64,000 nucleotides of DNA, from NCBI GenBank assembly GCA_963728565.1, contig CAVSLC010000028.1, positions 102,399 to 166,398 of the forward strand, read 5' to 3'. This DNA is from an uncultured delta proteobacterium (GTDB taxonomy: Bacteria; Desulfobacterota; Binatia; UBA9968). The position numbers were made by a program, and so were the translations under genes. The notes below the pieces were generated by a model. The model saw nothing but the letters and a program-made list of their open reading frames with translations, did no database searches and was not told where the DNA came from. Below, piece by piece: positions 41,270 through 51,050 of this stretch (positions are counted from its first letter, which is position 1; every line of letters begins with the position of its first letter).

Positions 41270-42196
41270 TTATCGGAGTATGCGTTGCAATGTTTTACTC
41301 GCCGGTCGAAAACTTTGGTCGAGCAGCTTTAAGAAAGCTCTCATAGCGCTGTGAATGTATTTATCGCTTCTAAAAACCAGGCAGGAGTAAGCTTGAAGCT
41401 TTTCGCCCGTGACGTGCAGAGTCTTCAGGCTGCCTCGCCGGATTTCCTCGCTAACGAACCTTTGCGGCAGCAGAGAGATACCCAATCCCAGCTCAGCAAG
41501 TTTTTTGTGCAGCTCCAGTCCGAGAACCTCTACTTCTACCTTGATCGATTGACCGCGTTCTTTGAGCCGTGTCTCAACATAGCCGCGGTAGACGCATCCA
41601 TGATGATTTAAAATCCACGGCGCCTCTTTGAGGTCGTCCCAAGTAAGTCTTTCTTTCTTGGTTAACGGATTGTTGGCCGCTACAACAAACGCGAGATCCG
41701 TTGTTGCAAGCGGCACGAATGAAAGCCGCGGGAATCCGTCGAGTTTCGGCGCAACCAGAATAAGCAAACCCAAATCCAGAGCATGAGATAAAACCCGCTG
41801 GGTGATTTCCACCGACCAGGCCGATTCGATTAGAAGATTAATCTTGGGGTAAGCCGCTCTATAGGCTTCAATCAGTTGCGGCAACTCGTAAGTAGCGATG
41901 CTATGTGCAGCGCCGATCGAAAGTCTTCCCTGACGAAGATCCCGCAGATCTGAAATCTCTTCCTTGGCGACGGTGACAATGCGCCGCAATTGTTCCACAT
42001 GCTTGAGCAAAGCTGTTCCGGCCGGTGTGAGTTGCGCGGTTCGACCGCGCTCGAACAATCGCTGCTCGAGTTCCGTCTCCAGAGCTTGAATCTGTTTGCT
42101 GACAGCCGGCTGGGTTAGTGACAACAGTTCTGCTGCGCGCCGAAAACTGTGGGTGGTCGCCACGGTTTGGAATGTGTGAAGCTGGTCCAGAGTCAT
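41270..42196 (-). CDS. LysR-type transcriptional regulator
   Basis: SFRRAAELLSLTQPAVSKQI..LE HTH plus substrate-binding domain. Confidence 0.95.
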   Translation of the reverse strand: MTLDQLHTFQTVATTHSFRRAAELLSLTQPAVSKQIQALETELEQRLFERGRTAQLTPAGTALLKHVEQLRRIVTVAKEEISDLRDLRQGRLSIGAAHSIATYELPQLIEAYRAAYPKINLLIESAWSVEITQRVLSHALDLGLLILVAPKLDGFPRLSFVPLATTDLAFVVAANNPLTKKERLTWDDLKEAPWILNHHGCVYRGYVETRLKERGQSIKVEVEVLGLELHKKLAELGLGISLLPQRFVSEEIRRGSLKTLHVTGEKLQAYSCLVFRSDKYIHSAMRAFLKLLDQSFRPASKTLQRILR

Positions 42197-42214
42197 CGGA
42201 AGTATTCCTGTAAG

Positions 42215-42229
42215 TTATCAATCCGATAA
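42215..42229. promoter_or_regulatory. LysR recognition box
   Basis: TTATC-AATCC-GATAA dyad containing T-N11-A in the divergent intergenic region. Confidence 0.6.
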
Positions 42230-42304
42230 GAAAATACCATTTGTGATTATGTAAACTACCACCCCATAATCGGTGCAAACAAGGATAAGATTGAGAGGCC
42301 GATT

Positions 42305-42856
42305 ATGTTCAAATTCGAAACGAGCGCTGCCAAACGCCTATCTCCAATCCTGTTGTCACGGGAAAGTTTTCGTCCATTGCGGTGGCGCGCAGTGGGTTAT
42401 TGGCTAGTGATAGCGTTGTTTTTCATGCTGATCATTGCCGCATGGTTGCGACCGGAGTTCAACCGCCCGAAGGTTGCCGATTGGAAGTCTGTCCTCGCTC
42501 GCGCCGACCACGCTTGGGAAGCAGGCGATCTACAGCGCGCGAGACACCTCTACCTAAAAGTCGAAAAAATCGCATCTTGGAGCCGTGATTGGCAGGGCAC
42601 CGTGGCTGCGGCGTGTCGGTTTAAGCAGCTCGATGGGGCACCAGCCCGCTACTGGAAGGCTCACACATTACTGATACGGGCGGCGATTTTTGCGCAAGAG
42701 AAACAATCCCGTCAAGCTATGGCGACGATTGCCGAGGCGTTCAATATGCTGGGGCAGCACCAAACAGCCTCCTTGATTCTAGCTCGTATCGGCGCCGATT
42801 GGCGCAGTGAGAGTTCGGAACCGCTTGGATCTCTGTTACAAGCTTGCTCGACGTGA
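42305..42856 (+). CDS. Hypothetical membrane-anchored helical protein
   Basis: GAGG RBS, single TM (WLVIALFFMLIIAAWL), TPR-like helices; divergent from lysR. Confidence 0.7.
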   Translation: MFKFETSAAKRLSPILLSRESFRPLRWRAVGYWLVIALFFMLIIAAWLRPEFNRPKVADWKSVLARADHAWEAGDLQRARHLYLKVEKIASWSRDWQGTVAAACRFKQLDGAPARYWKAHTLLIRAAIFAQEKQSRQAMATIAEAFNMLGQHQTASLILARIGADWRSESSEPLGSLLQACST

Positions 42857-42955
42857 CGCAGATTCCAGAAACCCGGGAAGCGCTAACGCTGACAATCGTC
42901 CGTCTTTGCTCAGTGAGTTCTGTAGGATGAGGCAACAAAGAAGGCAACTCGCTGC

Positions 42956-43154
42956 CTAGGGCACGATTTCATCGGAACTTTGGCAAGTCTTGCTTCTTTC
43001 CAACTCCGCGCATTCGCGGCAGAGCCGTTCCAATGGCGGATTCACGGCGCTGCTGATCTCGTCGAAATCCTTGGCCGGCCAGTCTTTGCAGTTCATACAC
43101 GAAATGCCAGAATGCGCTGCTTCGTTCTTTGCGGTAAGTGGCTTGCGTGGGCAT
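42956..43154 (-). CDS. Small Cys-rich putative Zn-binding protein (one extra base at ~43100)
   Basis: GGAGG RBS; removing one base gives MPTQATYRKERSSAFWHFCMNCKDWP...LCRECAELE. Confidence 0.6.
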
Positions 43155-43297
43155 ACGGATATTTTTACCTCCGGCAAGAAGAATTGTGATTACCAGTCCT
43201 CTATTTCAGTCGTAAATAAACTTGACCGGCTTCAAAATCGAGTCTATTGGAAGAACAGCAGAGACACTAGCAGGTAAACTTAATGGAGGCGGCTTAC

Positions 43298-43780
43298 ATG
43301 TTTAGAGTGTCATGGATGACAGCGGCGATTCTAGTTATCTTCTTCATGCACGCAAGCGCCGGGGCGCAGACGCTTGAAGTCAAGCGTTACAATTATGCCG
43401 AGTGGACCAAGGGCCGTTTCACCGAAGTGGTCACCGTCACTGGCCCGGGGAAAATGATCTTCCTGGCCGGAGTCGGCGCCGAGGACGAAGACAAGCCCCA
43501 GGGCGCGATCCGCCATCTTGGCAATCCGTACCAACAATGCAAATACGCCTACGATAAAATGAAGCGCCACTTGGCCAAGCACGGCGGCACCCTCGCCGAT
43601 GTCGTAAAGCAGGTCGTGTATGTCACGGATATCCGATACCAGGCTGATGTCGGCAAATGCCGGCGCGAAGAGTACGGCGAAAAAGGTCCGATTCCCGCTA
43701 ACACGTTTCTCGTCATTTCCGGCCTTGCCATTCCGGGAATGCTCTTAGAGATCGACATTACCGCAGTGGTGCCGCAGTAA
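43298..43780 (+). CDS. RidA/YjgF family protein with signal peptide
   Basis: IFLAGV, LADVVK..VYVTD, P.NT..ISGLA.PGMLLEIDITAV; N-terminal ASAGA-QT. Confidence 0.88.
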   Translation: MFRVSWMTAAILVIFFMHASAGAQTLEVKRYNYAEWTKGRFTEVVTVTGPGKMIFLAGVGAEDEDKPQGAIRHLGNPYQQCKYAYDKMKRHLAKHGGTLADVVKQVVYVTDIRYQADVGKCRREEYGEKGPIPANTFLVISGLAIPGMLLEIDITAVVPQ

Positions 43781-43876
43781 ACGGCGAGAGATTCTTTTAG
43801 CCGATCTAGGCACAACGATTCTGCCATCCGGCGAATTTTACAGTATCAAATTGATGAAACATTCATCTAATTACCT

Positions 43877-43936
43877 AGATAACGCCGCGGTTCAGCCGCG
43901 CGAGGTACGAACGTCGGCTGGAACCGCCGGGTATGC
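43877..43936 (-). mobile_element. Integron attC-like site downstream of the GFA gene
   Basis: Minus: GCATACC-CGGC-GGTTCCAGCCGACG..CGCGGCTGAACC-GCGGC-GTTATCT; two extrahelical bases placed as in classical attC; one mismatch in R''. Confidence 0.75.
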
Positions 43937-43954
43937 AGCACGCGGACGCCCCCC

Positions 43955-44383
43955 TTATTCTGGAGGCGCTGAATACTCCGCGAATACCTCGGCTCCGGTC
44001 AGGTTCTTCGTTTGGTTTGCGAACGAATAGAACGACGGCTTTTCATCGATGAAAATCTGTTGATCAAAGACCCATTGTTCTCCGTCATCGAGTAGACCAA
44101 CAGGAACCGCGTAGTGGCCTTCTTTCTTTAGGCGGTAGAAAAGATGGCTTCCACACTTACTACAGAAGCCACGCTCGGCCCAGTCGGAAGAACTGAAGAC
44201 AGTTATGCTGTCATTGCGTTCAAAATGAACGTCGCTACCGCACTCAACGACGAGCAAAGCCCACCTGTCCATTTCCTGCACATACTGCAATGGCAGGCAC
44301 CCACACTCTTGCTGGTCGTCTTTATTGAAATACGGACTGCTCCCGCAAAGACAGCTTCCATTTCGTTCGGTTTCGCCTGCCAT
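43955..44383 (-). CDS. GFA/CENP-V family protein, cassette-like (two compensating frameshifts near 44340 and 44260)
   Basis: GSCLCG, alternative frame ACHCSMCRKWTG, AERGFCSKCGSHLFY. Confidence 0.85.
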   Translation of the reverse strand: MAGETERNGSCLCGSSPYFNKDDQQECGCLPLQYVQEMDRWALLVVECGSDVHFERNDSITVFSSSDWAERGFCSKCGSHLFYRLKKEGHYAVPVGLLDDGEQWVFDQQIFIDEKPSFYSFANQTKNLTGAEVFAEYSAPPE

Positions 44384-44399
44384 ACGTCCTCCTTAAATT

Positions 44400-44484
44400 G
44401 CCTAACGCTATGACGATGAGCCGTTGCTGAAACTCAAACTGTTCAAACGCAATCTTGTCACCGGCTCAAAGCGGCGAGTTATAG
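44400..44484 (-). mobile_element. Degenerate attC-like site upstream of the GFA gene
   Basis: Minus: CTATAAC..TGAGCCG..CGGCTCA..GTTAGGC followed directly by AATTTAAGGAGGACGT-ATG. Confidence 0.6.
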
Positions 44485-44640
44485 GGCTTCACACTCCAAC
44501 GCGTGTCTACGGCATCACCCACTCCTCCGCTTTTATTTGAAAGTAACATTCTACGTCTCAACAGCTTCATCAAGTGGTGCCACGTATCTCAACGTGATTT
44601 CCAAGACTCATCCTCCCGTAATGAGGGAAATACCCTGGGT

Positions 44641-44679
44641 CGCCGCTCTTAGCGATCGGTCTGAAGCGTCTGGTTAGAC
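44641..44679 (-). mobile_element. Truncated attC-like site (left half)
   Basis: Minus: GTCTAAC-CAGAC-GCTTCAGACCGATCGC.. starting 7 nt after a stop codon. Confidence 0.45.
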
Positions 44680-44686
44680 GCTGCCC

Positions 44687-44817
44687 TCAGGCAGCATAAC
44701 GAATCACTTGAAGCTCGGCAGTGCTGTCGCCCCAAGCGAGCAACGTATCAATCCGTGCCATGACGTCATCTTCGATGAGATACTCGCGACCAAACTTCGC
44801 ACTGCCACTTGAACCAA
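44687..44817 (-). pseudogene. 3' remnant of an unidentified cassette-like gene
   Basis: Open frame ..AKFGREYLIEDDVMARIDTLLAWGDSTAELQVIRYAA* ending just before the attC half-site; no start found. Confidence 0.35.
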
Positions 44818-45016
44818 CTCATCAAGAATATTCTGACCGCCAAACACCGCGCGGCATGGCGGCCTATCTCCCTACTGGCCCGCAGCCTATTTCGTCCGCT
44901 AGATTAGCGTCAAGCTCTTTAATCAACGTGAGATTGAATTTGATCGATCGATCCGTCGATTCGATTCAGCTCGCCCATAATGTAGAAGAAGATGTCAAAA
45001 TAGGTTGCGGAGGTGG

Positions 45017-45445
45017 CTATTGGATCCGGAATACTGGATGTCGTGACGCTTCGGCAACAAAATCCCGCAGATCCGACTTCGGTGTTACGTCAAAGAACGG
45101 CCGTACCACGGGTACTTGAGTCAGATACTTCTTTAGCACCGGGGCGGCGTCGTCCGCCGAGAGTTCTAGAATTCTTACGTTCTCAAATCTCCGACCCCGT
45201 GTTAAGGTTACCTGCTCGGCTGCACGAGCGTTTCGCACCCAGCCCACCACACCATATGGGGCCACTAGCCAGCGTTCCCCGCCCTCTTCCACCAGTGTCA
45301 CCGGCGTTGAATAGGGGTGACCGCTCTTTCTGCCTCGCACGGTCAGAAGATAGGTATGCGGAGGACTTACGCCGAGGCGCAGCAAGACACCAATCATCCA
45401 ATTGATTAGTCGGCGCCACAATCCTAACCGATAGGCTCGAGCCAT
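45017..45445 (-). CDS. Deazaflavin(F420)-dependent nitroreductase family protein
   Basis: LLTVRGRKSG..STPV, LVAPYG..WVRNARA, HPVFRI. Confidence 0.88.
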   Translation of the reverse strand: MARAYRLGLWRRLINWMIGVLLRLGVSPPHTYLLTVRGRKSGHPYSTPVTLVEEGGERWLVAPYGVVGWVRNARAAEQVTLTRGRRFENVRILELSADDAAPVLKKYLTQVPVVRPFFDVTPKSDLRDFVAEASRHPVFRIQ

Positions 45446-45527
45446 CGTGATCTTGTCTTTGCAGGAACCGAAACCCTCAACGCTCTTGCATCAAGGATTT
45501 GTGAAATCAGAAATCAGTTCAATGTAG

Positions 45528-45590
45528 GGTTAACGTTCGGGTTGAGTCGCGCGAGTTTTACGAGCGTTGGACTTCGCCCGGTTGTTAGGC
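45528..45590 (-). mobile_element. attC-like site downstream of the sulfotransferase gene
   Basis: Minus: GCCTAAC-AACC-GGGCGAAGTCCAACGC..GCGCGACTCAACCC-GAAC-GTTAACC. Confidence 0.6.
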
Positions 45591-45630
45591 AATCGTATCG
45601 ATATTCGAACTGGGCTTAACTCTTTTTTGT

Positions 45631-46740
45631 TCACAGAGCACCAGCCGTCGCTCTTGCTCTAGCGATATCCTCTGCACTGTACCTATAGGCGCGGAATACT
45701 CGATTGTGTTGCGCGTTTGACGGTCCGCCAAAATAGGGATTCACATATTCCCAAACCACCTCACCACCTGCGGTCACCTCGAAGAATCGACCGAAATCGC
45801 CTTCGCAGATCAGCGTGTTGCCGTTGGCTAACCGCTGCGCATTGGAAATCCTCGGACTGAAAAAATCGCTTTCTCGCTTTTCACGATACTCCCAGACGAT
45901 TTGCTTAGTTGCTGGCTCAACCTCGATGACCCGTGAAAAAGGCATCGGATGATCTAGCCGATGTGGCCCGTTGTCGAAGATGAGCAGGTTGCCATTGGGC
46001 AGCGGCGTGGGCGCGTGTTGACCGCATAGCGGCGGTGCGCCGAGTTTCCAGATAATCCTCCCGGTTTTTCGGTCGATAATGATGATGGTGGAGATCGTGC
46101 GAAAGCTCACGACGATGTCGCCATTAGGCAGCTCGGCGACGCCATTGGCGTGCGCCCATTCTTCCCGGCGTTCTTGAACCGCCGTGATGCAATCGGCTTG
46201 CGGATCGAGATGTTCCCAGGTGCGCCATTGCCAAACGACATCGCCTTTGGTTGTCATCTCGACGAGATAATCCGCGTACATCTCACCGTGGTGTTCAGTC
46301 CCGGGCATGCCACCTTTAACTTTCGCGACCAGATCCTGCGGAAGGCGATCCAAGCAGAGCAGCAGAACGTTGCCGTTGCGCAATCGTATGCCATCATGAT
46401 GATGATCCGGATGACGTACCTCCCAGAGAACGCGTCCATTCCAATCAGCTTCGAGCGCGGCACCGCCTTTCCACGGTTGCCGGCTGATGAAACGTTCTGA
46501 GTCCTCCACGGTCTTTCCATTGTAGAAGAGCGTGCCTCGATCGGTAAGATAACCATAGTTGCCTGGACTATAAGGCATCTGCCAACTATGGATTGCCTTC
46601 CCATCGAGATCGATGAGGTAGACATTGCCCCCGCCGCTCATCGGTGCGAACAAAGTCAAGCCCGGAAAGGCGCGGTCGTGATCTACCGCGCGCAAACCAG
46701 TACCCGCGCGCTTAAGCTTGTTTTGTTCCACGACCGGCAT
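45631..46740 (-). CDS. Arylsulfate sulfotransferase (ASST)-like beta-propeller protein
   Basis: HHD, WAHAN, GQH, IFDNG, SRVIE, SNAQRLANGNTLICEG, VFRAYRY. Confidence 0.85.
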   Translation of the reverse strand: MPVVEQNKLKRAGTGLRAVDHDRAFPGLTLFAPMSGGGNVYLIDLDGKAIHSWQMPYSPGNYGYLTDRGTLFYNGKTVEDSERFISRQPWKGGAALEADWNGRVLWEVRHPDHHHDGIRLRNGNVLLLCLDRLPQDLVAKVKGGMPGTEHHGEMYADYLVEMTTKGDVVWQWRTWEHLDPQADCITAVQERREEWAHANGVAELPNGDIVVSFRTISTIIIIDRKTGRIIWKLGAPPLCGQHAPTPLPNGNLLIFDNGPHRLDHPMPFSRVIEVEPATKQIVWEYREKRESDFFSPRISNAQRLANGNTLICEGDFGRFFEVTAGGEVVWEYVNPYFGGPSNAQHNRVFRAYRYSAEDIARARATAGAL

Positions 46741-46911
46741 AAGTCCTTCCCTGCATTCGTTTGTCTCCGGTTAAGTTGTCCCTTCTGCGAATAAACGTCC
46801 AGTTTGGCAAACGCAAAACTCCAGCGGTTCCCTTGGACGACCTCGGTAAGTTTCGTTTGCCGATTGCAGTTTCGGATATCGTCCTTCCTTCCAAGACCTC
46901 GAGCAATGATT

Positions 46912-47457
46912 CTACGGTAACGGGCGCTTGCCGCCGGGCACCGGCGCGTCAAACGCATTCAAGGTCATGGCTACCATCGTATAGAACCCGGCTGCGGCAA
47001 TTAGCTCGATCAGCAGATCCAAGCCGAGCGCCGCCAGCGCGCGGTCGTAGGCAGGCTGGCTCAAGGTGCGCGTTTCGTTCAGCTCGGTAATCGTGTCGTA
47101 GACCACGCGTTCATCTTCGCGGCAAAATTCCGGCGTCGAGCGCGTGCGGATCGCATCCACGACCGCCGGTGTGAGCCCAGCCTCCAATCCATTCTTTTCG
47201 TGCACGAACCACTCGTACTGCGCCGACCAGTGGCGCGCGACGACCAGCACCATCAGTTCAAAGAGCCGCTTGTCGAGCTTGCCGGATAGCCTGAATACGT
47301 TGCCGAACTGATTGGCCTGGTCCGCGAGTTGAGGATTTCTGAGCCATATCGCGAACGGACCGCGCACGACACCGCTGCGAGCGCCACCGATTTCGTGGTA
47401 GACACGACTTTGTTCCGCCGTCATTTCTTCTAAGGCTACATCAGGTACACGCGCCAT
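46912..47457 (-). CDS. Carboxymuconolactone decarboxylase family protein
   Basis: RGPFAIWLRNP, ELMVLVVAR.W.AQYEW..H, GFYTMVA. Confidence 0.87.
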   Translation of the reverse strand: MARVPDVALEEMTAEQSRVYHEIGGARSGVVRGPFAIWLRNPQLADQANQFGNVFRLSGKLDKRLFELMVLVVARHWSAQYEWFVHEKNGLEAGLTPAVVDAIRTRSTPEFCREDERVVYDTITELNETRTLSQPAYDRALAALGLDLLIELIAAAGFYTMVAMTLNAFDAPVPGGKRPLP

Positions 47458-47725
47458 GGAATCTCCTTATGCCGAGATCATTTCAAACTAAAGATATTTT
47501 TACTGGCTCTTCGGGTAAATCGAGTGGGTGCCGACTCTCTGGCGGATTCATCTCCCACCGATGGTTCCTCCCTTTTGCAAAGAGGGTGAATCCAATAAGA
47601 GCAGAATTCCGTATTTCACCTACTCGATTACGCGAAGAGCTTTTTTATTATGCATGCTCCCACGCGATTAGCTCAGCAAGCCAGCATGATTGATGCGATA
47701 ATACCCGTCTGGCGTGCCGGTCTCA

Positions 47726-48703
47726 TCAATGAGTCGATAGCGAGATGCCCAATAGACGGGCCGCGTTGCCGGCGTAAATAGCATCCTGTTCCGCATCGCT
47801 TAGGCCCAGTTCCTCAATATCGCGGAGCTGCAATTCGATATCTTCCCGCAATGGTATGTCGGTGCCGAACATGATCTGTCTCGCCCCAAACATGGACAGC
47901 GCCATACGGAGCGCCGGCACATTCCGGCAGACAGTGTCATAGTAAAAGCGCTTGAAGTAGAACTCGGGCGGGTTAGTAATATTTTCGCTGCACGGCGGAA
48001 AACGCTCGTAACCCCATTGCACCCGACCCATCAAGTACGGCGCGAGACCGCCCAGATGGGGGAAGATCATTTGGAGGCCAGGATAACGTTCGAAAACTCC
48101 GGCATACACCAATCGCACGGCAGCTAGGGTAGTCTCAAACATGAACCCAACGACATTGGCCAGATTCAACTCAAGCATGCAATCGAGGCCCGGCGGCGAG
48201 ATGGGATGCAGTAAAAACGGTAAACCGCGGCGTTCGAGCTCCGCATAAAACGGCATGAAGGCCGGATCGTTCAACTGCCGGCCGCCGGCACTTCCTGCGA
48301 TGATCACACCGACAACTTCCGAGCGGCCGGCGAAACGGTCCAACTCCTCTACGGCGAGTTCAGGGAACTGCAGGGGCATTACCAGCAGCGCCCGGAAATG
48401 TTGCGGATGACTGCGGGCGGCCTCGACCAGCACATCATTGGCTAACTGCGTTAGTTCAGCGGCCGCCGCCCGATCCTTCACCAGCGCGCCGTGGAATGGA
48501 ACCGAAAGAACCTGCATGTCGATTTTCAATCTTGCCATCTCTTCCAGTCGGCCCTCCACATCGATCATACGTGGATCACTGTTCATCCAGCGGATCACCC
48601 TCATTGCGTCCTGTCCGACCGGCGAGTTGTCATTGCCGAAGATCCGCTCAAGCCTGCGGATGTAGGCGGGTGAAAAAATGTGGGCATGCACATCGATCTT
48701 CAT
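47726..48703 (-). CDS. Amidohydrolase_2 family protein (ACMSD-like)
   Basis: IDVHAH, LLHP, ETT, PHLGG, FYYDT, FGTD.P. Confidence 0.9.
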   Translation of the reverse strand: MKIDVHAHIFSPAYIRRLERIFGNDNSPVGQDAMRVIRWMNSDPRMIDVEGRLEEMARLKIDMQVLSVPFHGALVKDRAAAAELTQLANDVLVEAARSHPQHFRALLVMPLQFPELAVEELDRFAGRSEVVGVIIAGSAGGRQLNDPAFMPFYAELERRGLPFLLHPISPPGLDCMLELNLANVVGFMFETTLAAVRLVYAGVFERYPGLQMIFPHLGGLAPYLMGRVQWGYERFPPCSENITNPPEFYFKRFYYDTVCRNVPALRMALSMFGARQIMFGTDIPLREDIELQLRDIEELGLSDAEQDAIYAGNAARLLGISLSTH

Positions 48704-48823
48704 CGTAAGGACCTCCGACAACTAAAAGATAGCCAGTGTGACTTCCAGTCGGCGAGCCATTGACTACTCAGGTGTGGCTTAATTCCGAAGCATGCGAACA
48801 GCCTGAAGTAACGGCGAGGTCTA

Positions 48824-50392
48824 TTAACCGGCCAGTTCTGAAAGCAAGCGCTGCAACTCACGGAAATCGATCGGCTTGACTAGGTGGGCGTCAAATCCCG
48901 CCGCTAATGCGCGTTGCTTGTCTTCCTCCTGGCCATAGCCGCTCGTGCTGATTAAATGGATTTCCGACAACTCGGAGCATTGGCGTAGCCGTCGAGCGAC
49001 TTCGTAGCCGTCAACTTCTGGCAATCCCAGATCACAGAGCACCACTTGCGGCCGAAACTGCTCGACGATAGCGATGCCTTGGATGCCATTGTGGGCAACT
49101 TCAGTTTGATGCCCAAGTTCATTCAGTAACATTTGGGTGCTTCGGGCCGCTATGACATTGTCTTCGATAACGACCATTCTGAAGGGACGAATCCTAGGTA
49201 AATGCCCATCCTCCCGAGAAACCGTTGAGATACTCGGAACATCGAGCGGCAGCCGCAATGTAAACGTTGAGCCCTTGCCAATTCCGGCGCTTTCAGCCTT
49301 AACTTCGCCTCCGTGCAGCTCAACTAATCCTTTCACCAGCGCGAGGCCGAGTCCGAGTCCGCCCCGGCTGCGGTCCACTGCTCGGTCGGCTTGAGTAAAC
49401 GTTTCGAAGATCCGGGGCAGCGTGTCGGCATCTATTCCGATGCCGGTATCCCGCACGGTCAAAATCGCGCTCTTACCATCCGAAGTTGCACTAAGGCCTA
49501 CCGTCACCTTGGCCCCGCTTTCCGTAAACTTGGTCGCGTTATGCAGCAGATTGCCGATGACCTGTTCCATCCGCGTTCGATCGCCGGTGAAAAACAATGG
49601 CTGATCCGGAAGTCTGATTTCCAGCGACAATCCACTAGCTTTGAAACTTTCGTGGTAGGCAGTCACAGTCTTTGAAATGATGCTCGAGAGCTCGCAACGC
49701 TCCTTCTCCAGGTGAATCTTGCCCGTCGTTATGCGGGTTACATCGAGCAAGTCATCAATCAACCGGCGCATATGCTGCACCTGCCCGTCGATCATGTAAC
49801 GCAATTCGAGCGACGCGTCAGTCACGTCTCTGCGGCGCATGAGCTCAAGCGCAGTTGTGATGATTCCCAATGGATTTCTAAGTTCATGGCCCAGCATCGC
49901 CAGGAATTCGTCTTTATGCCGGTTAGCTTCCCGCACCGCTGTTTCTGCCTTCTTGCGGTCCGTTATATCGAGGTTGATTCCACTGAAACGCATCGGCTGC
50001 CCTGTCGGGTTCCGTGAAATTGTGCCGACACCCATCACCCACCTTTCGCCGCGATCCGGATGTAAAATGCGATACTCTATTCGATAATCTGATTCCGAGT
50101 TAAAAACCTCACGACCATATTGAGCGACTCGATTACGGTCTTCGGGATGCACCAAATGGTTTAGCCATAAGTCATAAGTGAGCGGAACATCCGGCGCAAG
50201 TCCATACAGTTCCCGATACTCCGGCGAAACATAGACAATGCCCGACGCCAGGTCCCAGTCCCAAACGCCGGCACTTGCTGCGCGTTGGGCGAGCGATAGG
50301 CTCTCATTCGTACGCCTCAACGCTTCCTCGACATCCGCGGACATGGTTTCAAAAGTTAACTTACAATCTGAATTATTTCCGCTCGTACTCAT
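48824..50392 (-). CDS. Cytoplasmic hybrid histidine kinase (PAS-HisKA-HATPase-REC)
   Basis: GVWDWD PAS, GHELRNPL, NATKFT, GLGLGL, REC with CDLGLP and HLVKP. Confidence 0.93.
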   Translation of the reverse strand: MSTSGNNSDCKLTFETMSADVEEALRRTNESLSLAQRAASAGVWDWDLASGIVYVSPEYRELYGLAPDVPLTYDLWLNHLVHPEDRNRVAQYGREVFNSESDYRIEYRILHPDRGERWVMGVGTISRNPTGQPMRFSGINLDITDRKKAETAVREANRHKDEFLAMLGHELRNPLGIITTALELMRRRDVTDASLELRYMIDGQVQHMRRLIDDLLDVTRITTGKIHLEKERCELSSIISKTVTAYHESFKASGLSLEIRLPDQPLFFTGDRTRMEQVIGNLLHNATKFTESGAKVTVGLSATSDGKSAILTVRDTGIGIDADTLPRIFETFTQADRAVDRSRGGLGLGLALVKGLVELHGGEVKAESAGIGKGSTFTLRLPLDVPSISTVSREDGHLPRIRPFRMVVIEDNVIAARSTQMLLNELGHQTEVAHNGIQGIAIVEQFRPQVVLCDLGLPEVDGYEVARRLRQCSELSEIHLISTSGYGQEEDKQRALAAGFDAHLVKPIDFRELQRLLSELAG

Positions 50393-51050
50393 GTTTGCGC
50401 CCCACGAAGAGAATCAACAGGCATGTCACTTGTCGAATCTAATATAAAATGCGGCTCTGCAGTATCAAAGAAGGGCGGCGGATTTTTTGCGGCTCCATTA
50501 TGACTACCGTTCCCGTCCGCATCGAGAGCGACCTCTGGACTGCAGCTAGCACTTCAAAGGAGACGTGGCTTGATACTCCTCAAGCCAAGCGATGACACGA
50601 GAGGCTAGTCCTTAAAAGATACTGCAGGGTAGTTCAAACAGTTGAAGCGGCTATACGCTTATCTTCGTACCGCGTTATGACTCTCCGCTTGTGCTCCTGT
50701 TTAGCGGCTCGAATTGTGGCGTTTTCCTCGGCCAGGCCTTGCCTAAGGACGGCCAGAATAGAGGATCGAGCAAAACTTCATCACAAGAAAAGGTCGGCGG
50801 GCTTGAAACAAGTCCATGGTGCTCATCTATGACCTCAGCGAGTCTTTTATCTTCGAATCTTATCAACCGGACAGCACCGCGCCGCCGGTTTTATGTGTGG
50901 GCTTCTTTATGATGAGTTGTACGACACTGACGTTGGGAATTTGCTCCCCAGCATCAAGCGTAGAAGCTCTGGGTGCCTTGCCGTTCGTTAGGCTAATTGA
51001 CATTTCCGTAAGCAGCCATGCGTCCATCATCGTCAAAGCACGTCAGTGCG

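Noticed and set aside
34037-45460. 14-bp repeat CGTGATCTTGTCTT near 34037 and 45447
   Set aside because: Matches of this length are expected by chance in 64 kb; no element boundaries
50400-51050. Short ORFs upstream of the hybrid kinase
   Set aside because: No convincing domain; interrupted frames
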